The translations under genes and the position numbers were made by a program. 22,291 bases of DNA, taken from the IMG/VR virus record IMGVR_UViG_3300032257_000005, positions 64,001 to 86,291 of that record; one strand, 5' to 3'. The notes below the pieces were generated by a model. It was not told the origin of the DNA, ran no database searches, and saw nothing but the letters and a program-made list of their open reading frames with translations. Source of the stretch: a virus. Taxonomy: Duplodnaviria; Heunggongvirae; Uroviricota; Caudoviricetes. This document shows positions 1 through 4,397 of this stretch, in pieces; position 1 is the stretch's first letter, and the number at the start of each line of letters is the position of its first letter.

Positions 1-135
1 TATCTCTTTATTACCCATTTCATGTGTCAGCACAGGTCTATCCATTATTTTTTCAACATATTCATGCATATTTGAAAATTCACCAATTAAAATACCTGTA
101 TACGCACTAACAATTGCAGCTTCATTTTTAGTCAT
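1..135 (-). CDS. Hypothetical phage protein, runs off the window edge (MTKNEAAIVSAYTGILIGEFSNMHEYVEKIMDRPVLTHEMG...)
   Basis: Hand-translated, not in the track. ATG at 135 overlaps the upstream TGA (ATGA), with GGAG SD upstream; open to base 1. Confidence 0.8.
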   Translation of the reverse strand, partial: MTKNEAAIVSAYTGILIGEFSNMHEYVEKIMDRPVLTHEMGNKEI

Positions 136-146
136 TTCAAATCTCC
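132..146 (-). repeat. Start-associated direct repeat A, copy 1 (GGAGATTTGAAATGA)
   Basis: Exact 15-nt match to 458-472; contains SD plus ATGA stop/start overlap. Confidence 0.85.
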
Positions 147-461
147 AAAGTATGTATTACAAAATTGTTTTATATTTTCACGTTTAGTTTTTTGTTCAGC
201 TATATTTTGTTTTATTACATCTTGATTACGTTCATGATCCACCATTGCTTTACCATTTATTAAAAACATTTCTTTTATTAAGTCAGATGTAATTAATCCA
301 GATTCAATTGCATACTTTTTTATACCATCATCAAAGTAAAATAATTCATCAGGTTTATATAATTGTCTAATAAATATAATTGCATCTACAGCACTATCAT
401 ATTGATAGATGATTGTTTTAAATAATGCCATTTGCCATTTATTATCATTTACAGATATCAT
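132..461 (-). CDS. Hypothetical protein (109 aa, MISVNDNKWQ...)
   Basis: Track ORF 132..479. Start moved to ATG 461, which has a GGAG SD and an ATGA overlap with the upstream gene. Confidence 0.75.
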   Translation of the reverse strand: MISVNDNKWQMALFKTIIYQYDSAVDAIIFIRQLYKPDELFYFDDGIKKYAIESGLITSDLIKEMFLINGKAMVDHERNQDVIKQNIAEQKTKRENIKQFCNTYFGDLK

Positions 462-472
462 TTCAAATCTCC
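458..472 (-). repeat. Start-associated direct repeat A, copy 2
   Basis: Exact 15-nt match to 132-146. Confidence 0.85.
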
Positions 473-622
473 GCACCAATCATTAATAGCAGAATTAAGA
501 CTGATATAAGTTTCAGTACATTTAATACCGTCTATTGTCCAAACTTCCCATATAGGCATTTTCATTTTTGATAAAATCTGATTAAAATGATAATCACCTT
601 TTTTTACAAAACCTAGCATCAT
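458..622 (-). CDS. Hypothetical protein (54 aa, MMLGFVKKGDY...DWCGDLK)
   Basis: Hand-translated. TAAGGT SD upstream; TGA overlaps the next ATG. Confidence 0.75.
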   Translation of the reverse strand: MMLGFVKKGDYHFNQILSKMKMPIWEVWTIDGIKCTETYISLNSAINDWCGDLK

Positions 623-636
623 AATATTTACCTTAT

Positions 637-720
637 TTAAAAAGTTAACAACAACATTAAATCGTAAAATACGATAAACATATCAAAAGCTAGTAAAGCT
701 AATATAGATATATTATTCAT
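637..720 (-). CDS. 27-aa hydrophobic peptide (MNNISILALLAFDMFIVFYDLMLLLTF)
   Basis: Very strong SD (AAAGGAGG) just upstream of ATG; fills the gap between neighbouring genes. Confidence 0.65.
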   Translation of the reverse strand: MNNISILALLAFDMFIVFYDLMLLLTF

Positions 721-738
721 AATTGCCTCCTTTAAAAT

Positions 739-966
739 TTATTTATCTTCACTTCTAATAATTTCACATGCTTTATTTATTGCTAACATTGAATACAATC
801 CAGTATCTTTACGTTGACTAATTGTTAATCCATCAATAGCTAAATATAAATCTTTTAAGCAATCAACTATTTCTTCTCGTGTAAATTCTTTATCAGCATC
901 AGCCATACTAATTCCGCACGTATGACAAAAACCTTGATTATCTGAATAGTGTTGTTTACATTCCAT
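739..966 (-). CDS. Hypothetical protein with a possible N-terminal Zn-binding motif (CxxH...CxxC)
   Basis: Track ORF; AAGGG SD; MECKQH...FCHTCG. Confidence 0.75.
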   Translation of the reverse strand: MECKQHYSDNQGFCHTCGISMADADKEFTREEIVDCLKDLYLAIDGLTISQRKDTGLYSMLAINKACEIIRSEDK

Positions 967-968
967 TT

Positions 969-1259
969 CTATTTCCCTTTAATCAAATTATCATTTATAT
1001 AATCAACTGATCTATCTATAATGCGTTCAGCACGATCAATATCAGATTGTTTAGCGCGTGGGCAATACATATCAATTAATGCAGCACCAACTCTTTGAGC
1101 TATTTTTGCGTTATTGCTTTTTTCTTTAGCACCAACACATGCGTAATGATGCTGGTGCATTACATCAACTAGATGATCTATTTGATGCCTATATTCTTGA
1201 ACACCTACTTTGTTAGTTGGTTTCATTTTTTTTATTAATTCATTTGGTAATTGTTGCAT
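969..1259 (-). CDS. Hypothetical protein (96 aa)
   Basis: Track ORF; AAAGGTGA SD; ends in TAG 2 nt before the next ATG. Confidence 0.8.
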   Translation of the reverse strand: MQQLPNELIKKMKPTNKVGVQEYRHQIDHLVDVMHQHHYACVGAKEKSNNAKIAQRVGAALIDMYCPRAKQSDIDRAERIIDRSVDYINDNLIKGK

Positions 1260-1281
1260 TTTATTTCACCTTTACTCGGTT
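1257..1281 (-). repeat. Start-associated direct repeat B, copy 1 (AACCGAGTAAAGGTGAAATAAAATG)
   Basis: Matches 1680-1703 apart from one A indel; 17-nt exact core at 1265-1281 and 1687-1703. Confidence 0.9.
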
Positions 1282-1283
1282 AT

Positions 1284-1297
1284 GCACATCCTTGTGC
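1284..1297 (-). promoter_or_regulatory. Putative CsrA/RsmA-binding hairpin (GCACA-AGGA-UGUGC)
   Basis: 5-bp stem with AGGA loop; 11/12 match to the CsrA SELEX consensus RUACARGGAUGU; lies just 5' of the SD of 969..1259. Confidence 0.6.
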
Positions 1298-1304
1298 TGG
1301 TTAA

Positions 1305-1682
1305 TTATTTAATTTCTTCAAGATTGAAATTATCATTGTTTGCTTTTTTAACTATAAAGTTTTTACCCTGAAAATAAACTTTAGCACCTGCATAAATTTC
1401 AATATATTCTTTTCGTTTTTGTTTATGGCTAGTCAAGCATGAACCAAGTCCAAATATAAAATAAACTTCTTGTTTTAATTCGATTGCTCTTTCATATGCT
1501 TTTATCGGACATTCGTTATATTCAAGGGCATAACTCATAACACTATTAATTTTAAATTTAGTTAAATGATTTTTCTTAATTAAATTATCACCAGCTTTAA
1601 GCTTAATAACACCATTTTCATCTTCATTATTGATTACATCGTAAGCTGGATAACTTCCTACTACATTTTTTACTTTTAACAT
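1305..1682 (-). CDS. Hypothetical phage protein (125 aa, MLKVKNVVG...)
   Basis: Track start 1691 is a GTG inside the SD. ATG 1682 is correctly spaced from AAAGGTGA. Confidence 0.8.
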   Translation of the reverse strand: MLKVKNVVGSYPAYDVINNEDENGVIKLKAGDNLIKKNHLTKFKINSVMSYALEYNECPIKAYERAIELKQEVYFIFGLGSCLTSHKQKRKEYIEIYAGAKVYFQGKNFIVKKANNDNFNLEEIK

Positions 1683-1703
1683 TTTATTCACCTTTACTCG
1701 GTT
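1680..1703 (-). repeat. Start-associated direct repeat B, copy 2
   Basis: Near-exact match to 1257-1281. Confidence 0.9.
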
Positions 1704-1728
1704 GCTGTTTGTTTACTCTATGATTTAA

Positions 1729-1756
1729 ATTATACACACTATTTCATAAGATACAA
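1729..1756 (-). promoter_or_regulatory. Putative sigma70 promoter for the leftward small-gene array
   Basis: Minus strand reads TTGTAT-N16-TATAAT, about 47 nt upstream of ATG 1682. Confidence 0.55.
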
Positions 1757-1798
1757 GTATAATTTCAAGTTTTTTTCATTTATTTTGTATATTTTACG

Positions 1799-1811
1799 TA
1801 AGTTATTGATT
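1799..1811 (-). promoter_or_regulatory. IHF consensus site
   Basis: Minus strand AATCAATAACTTA is a perfect WATCAANNNNTTR match in an AT-rich context; a one-mismatch copy lies at 1844-1856. Confidence 0.6.
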
Positions 1812-1840
1812 TTAAATGTCATATTGATATTACTTTTTTG

Positions 1841-1868
1841 TTGTAAATTATTGTTTTTATAGTAAAAT
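1841..1868 (+). promoter_or_regulatory. Putative sigma70 promoter for the tRNA transcript
   Basis: TTGTAA-N16-TAAAAT about 50 nt upstream of tRNA-Pro; the region is AT-rich, so a chance match is possible. Confidence 0.4.
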
Positions 1869-1919
1869 ACACAGCATGAAACGAATTAATTCACAAGAAA
1901 AACCGAATCACCCCAATAA

Positions 1920-1997
1920 CGGGGTGTATTGTCAGCTTGGTAGACGACTCGGTTTGGAACTGAGAGGCCGTGGGTTCAAATCCCACCACCCCGACCA
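1920..1997 (+). tRNA. tRNA-Pro(UGG) with encoded CCA
   Basis: Acceptor CGGGGTG/CACCCCG; D-arm TGTC-AGCTTGGTA-GACG; anticodon arm CTCGG-TTTGGAA-CTGAG (TGG at 1955-1957); T-arm GTGGG-TTCAAAT-CCCAC; ends A-CCA. Confidence 0.95.
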
Positions 1998-2020
1998 ATT
2001 ACAACAACAGAGCTAATTAA

Positions 2021-2094
2021 AGCTCTGTCGTATAACGGTAGTACAGTTGATTTTGAATCAACAAGTTTCAGTTCAATTCTGAACAGAGCTGCCA
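2021..2094 (+). tRNA. tRNA-Gln(UUG) with encoded CCA
   Basis: Acceptor AGCTCTG/CAGAGCT; D-arm GTAT-AACGGTA-GTAC; anticodon arm GTTGA-TTTTGAA-TCAAC; T-arm TTCAG-TTCAATT-CTGAA; ends G-CCA. Confidence 0.93.
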
Positions 2095-2115
2095 ATTTAA
2101 TAAAGGAGAAACACC

Positions 2116-2127
2116 ATGAAGCTATAA
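2116..2127 (+). other. Minigene Met-Lys-Leu-stop with strong SD
   Basis: AAAGGAG at 2102-2108, 7-nt spacer, ATG AAG CTA TAA. Confidence 0.55.
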
Positions 2128-2149
2128 AACAACATAGGAGTAATAGCTC

Positions 2150-2299
2150 ATGGTACTCGTACATAAACGCGGTAAAAAGAACCGCAAATTTGGACGTAAT
2201 AAAAAATGGTGTGAACGTTATTTGACTGAAGATCGTAAAGCGAAAAATAAAGCTAAACGAAAAGCACGACATAACAAGAAACATCCTAATGACAAGTAA
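2150..2299 (+). CDS. 49-aa very basic protein (MVLVHKRGKKNRKFGRNKKWCERYLTEDRKAKNKAKRKARHNKKHPNDK)
   Basis: Hand-translated; AGGAG SD at 2136-2140; 21 of 49 residues are K/R; followed directly by a terminator. Confidence 0.75.
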   Translation: MVLVHKRGKKNRKFGRNKKWCERYLTEDRKAKNKAKRKARHNKKHPNDK

Positions 2300-2306
2300 T
2301 AAAATC

Positions 2307-2335
2307 AGCCGGGTATAGTATCCCGGCTTTTTTTT
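2307..2335 (+). terminator. Rho-independent terminator
   Basis: AGCCGGG-TATAGTAT-CCCGGCT followed by a T run. Confidence 0.9.
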
Positions 2336-2399
2336 GTCTATACTACTTGAAACGGCAAGCACGTTATCAAGCCTCGTTCAAAAGCCTCGCTGATAAAAT

Positions 2400-2440
2400 G
2401 CCTCCTTGCTGTAATTGAATTCTAATTACACTTTGGAGGC
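2400..2440 (+). promoter_or_regulatory. SD-sequestering hairpin upstream of the tail tube gene
   Basis: GCCTCC (2400-2405) pairs with GGAGGC (2435-2440); inner stem TGTAATT/AATTACA. Confidence 0.65.
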
Positions 2441-2447
2441 TTTTCTA

Positions 2448-3647
2448 ATGGGACAACAATTTTCAGATTCAAACCGAGTAGGTGTACGTTATATAGCAGA
2501 GGCTTCATTTGCTGTTCAACCTACTGGCCCTAATATGCAGGAGTTAAATTTTACTTCTGAATCCTTTAAATCAAATGTAAATACCGTTACATCAGATACT
2601 ATCCGTTCAGACCGAAACGTATCAGACATTACACAAGTTGGTGGTGGTGCTGGTGGTGATGTTGGTTTTGAATTACGTTATGGTGATATAGATACTTTGC
2701 TTGCTGGCGCATTACAAGGTGCATGGGCAACGACTACTGTATCCGCAACAGTTGCATCATCTTACTTTTCCGGTGCTGATATCCATGTTAACGATGCTTT
2801 AACGGCTGCTGATAATATATTAGTGGGTCAATTACTACGTGTAGCAAATGCTTCTGCAATAGCTAACGATGGTGACTATCGAGTAACCGGCGTTTCTGCC
2901 GTAGGTGCATCAACAACAATCGTAACACTTGCTAATGCAAGTTCTGGTGTTGCTGCTGCTTTTACTTCAGATGTATTTGCTGCCACGACTACATTACGCG
3001 GTAAGAATTTACGTAACGGTGTACTTGCACAAAGCTATACGATTGAAAAACAATTCGCCGATGTATCAGCTACAGCCGTTTATACTGGTATGAGAGCAAC
3101 CACACTTAGCCTTGCGTTTGATTCACAGGCTATCATGACTGGTACTATCGGTTTTGCCGGTGTTGGTCAAACAGCCGCTTCAGCAACAATAGCTTCAGCT
3201 ACAACAGCCGCTTCAACTAATCTTGTTATGAACGCATCTAATAATGTTGCGCGTATATGGGAAGGTGGACAGGCTATCACAGGCATTGCATTTCAAAGCG
3301 TTTCAATTGATTTAAACAATAACCCGCGTGATCAACCTGTAGTCGGTTCTGCAAACCTTGCCGGTATCGGTACAGGTCGTTGTGAAGTAACTGGATCTAT
3401 GACCGCTTATTTTGAAAATAATACTTTGATTAATAAGTTTACGGCAGGTACTAAATCAAATTTCCGTTTTCAAATTACCGATGCAAGTGGAAATAGTTAT
3501 GTTGTCGATATTCCAAATACTACCTATACAGATATGACTATTGTAGCGGGTGGCCCTAATCAGGATATCGTACAAGAAGGATCATGGGGTGCTGCTGTAG
3601 ATACTACAGGTACTTATGCAATCCAAATAGATGCACTTGATGCATAA
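2448..3647 (+). CDS. Major tail tube protein (Phage_tube_2-like)
   Basis: GGAGG SD before ATG 2448 (track start 2415 is a TTG extension); SDTIRSDRNV motif; position before chaperones and tape measure. Confidence 0.85.
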   Translation: MGQQFSDSNRVGVRYIAEASFAVQPTGPNMQELNFTSESFKSNVNTVTSDTIRSDRNVSDITQVGGGAGGDVGFELRYGDIDTLLAGALQGAWATTTVSATVASSYFSGADIHVNDALTAADNILVGQLLRVANASAIANDGDYRVTGVSAVGASTTIVTLANASSGVAAAFTSDVFAATTTLRGKNLRNGVLAQSYTIEKQFADVSATAVYTGMRATTLSLAFDSQAIMTGTIGFAGVGQTAASATIASATTAASTNLVMNASNNVARIWEGGQAITGIAFQSVSIDLNNNPRDQPVVGSANLAGIGTGRCEVTGSMTAYFENNTLINKFTAGTKSNFRFQITDASGNSYVVDIPNTTYTDMTIVAGGPNQDIVQEGSWGAAVDTTGTYAIQIDALDA

Positions 3648-3675
3648 AATTCACCAATAGAAAGAGGAATAAATT

Positions 3676-4086
3676 ATGGATTTATCTAGTTTTGAAAGTA
3701 ATGTTGAAGCATCAGAAGATGGTGTATGGAATGATCTTAGCGAAGATTCACGAATTAAAGTTGCACGTTACGGTAACAAGAAATTTAATAAATTACTGCA
3801 AGCTAAAATGTCACCTTATAAGCGATTGATAGATCAAAATCGTTTAGATGATGATATTTCTGAAAAGATTTTAAATGAAGCTATTGTAGGTGGTATTTTA
3901 TTGGATTGGGAAGGTCTTACTTATCAAGGTGAGCCACTTAGTTATAGCCGTGAAAATGCAATGATGGTTTTAAGTGATAAACGCTTAAAAGATTTTCGTG
4001 ATTATATTGTAACGATTGCACAAGATGCTGAATTATTCAGAGCTGAACAAATAGATGAAACCGTGGAAAAGTCGTTAACTGTTTAA
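3676..4086 (+). CDS. Tail assembly chaperone (gpG-like)
   Basis: GAGGA SD; RIKVARYGN...LLDWEGL motifs; lies between tube and tape measure. Confidence 0.85.
   Translation: MDLSSFESNVEASEDGVWNDLSEDSRIKVARYGNKKFNKLLQAKMSPYKRLIDQNRLDDDISEKILNEAIVGGILLDWEGLTYQGEPLSYSRENAMMVLSDKRLKDFRDYIVTIAQDAELFRAEQIDETVEKSLTV
4065..4071 (+). other. Predicted -1 frameshift site G GAA AAG giving a 240-aa gpGT-like fusion (3676..4397)
   Basis: The -1 frame is open from 4059 (TGA at 4056) and reads ...EKVVNCLKWNLEWGKQ..., running into track ORF 4146..4397. Confidence 0.75.
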
Positions 4087-4397
4087 AATGGAACTTAGAA
4101 TGGGGCAAACAAGAAACGTTTTTAGAGGGGCTTGTACAGCAAGGAATGAATGTACAAGCGTTAAGGAATAAGCCAATACTTGAATCAAAGTATGAAAATA
4201 TTTATAACGCTTATTCATTAATGCATAGAAGTAGAAGGGCGGAAATGTCTGGTGCATTACCAATACCTTTAACTGAAATAGAATGTTATTGCAGATTATT
4301 TGATGTTATTGATAGGGAATTATTAATAACAGTTGTTATAGCAATGGATAATGCTTACTTGGATTGGGTTGAAGAACATGCCAACAGAAATACTTGA
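4071..4397 (+). CDS. gpT-like C-terminal part of the frameshifted tail chaperone
   Basis: Track ORF 4146..4397 extends upstream to the slippery site; RSR...PIPLTEI...AMDNAYLDW resembles gpT-type sequences. Confidence 0.75.
   Translation, partial: VVNCLKWNLEWGKQETFLEGLVQQGMNVQALRNKPILESKYENIYNAYSLMHRSRRAEMSGALPIPLTEIECYCRLFDVIDRELLITVVIAMDNAYLDWVEEHANRNT

Noticed and set aside
1876-2016. 46-codon plus-strand ORF running through tRNA-Pro
   Set aside because: No SD, and it overlaps a well-formed tRNA; likely chance.
1799-2094. attP at the tRNAs next to IHF sites
   Set aside because: No integrase or arm-type repeats visible; both tRNAs are complete.
1976-2362. 128-aa minus-strand track ORF
   Set aside because: Antisense to the tRNAs and the basic protein; no SD.
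2415-2447. Longer track starts (2415, 4351, 1691, 479, 18427, 22020)
   Set aside because: Downstream ATGs have better SD spacing or translational-coupling overlaps.
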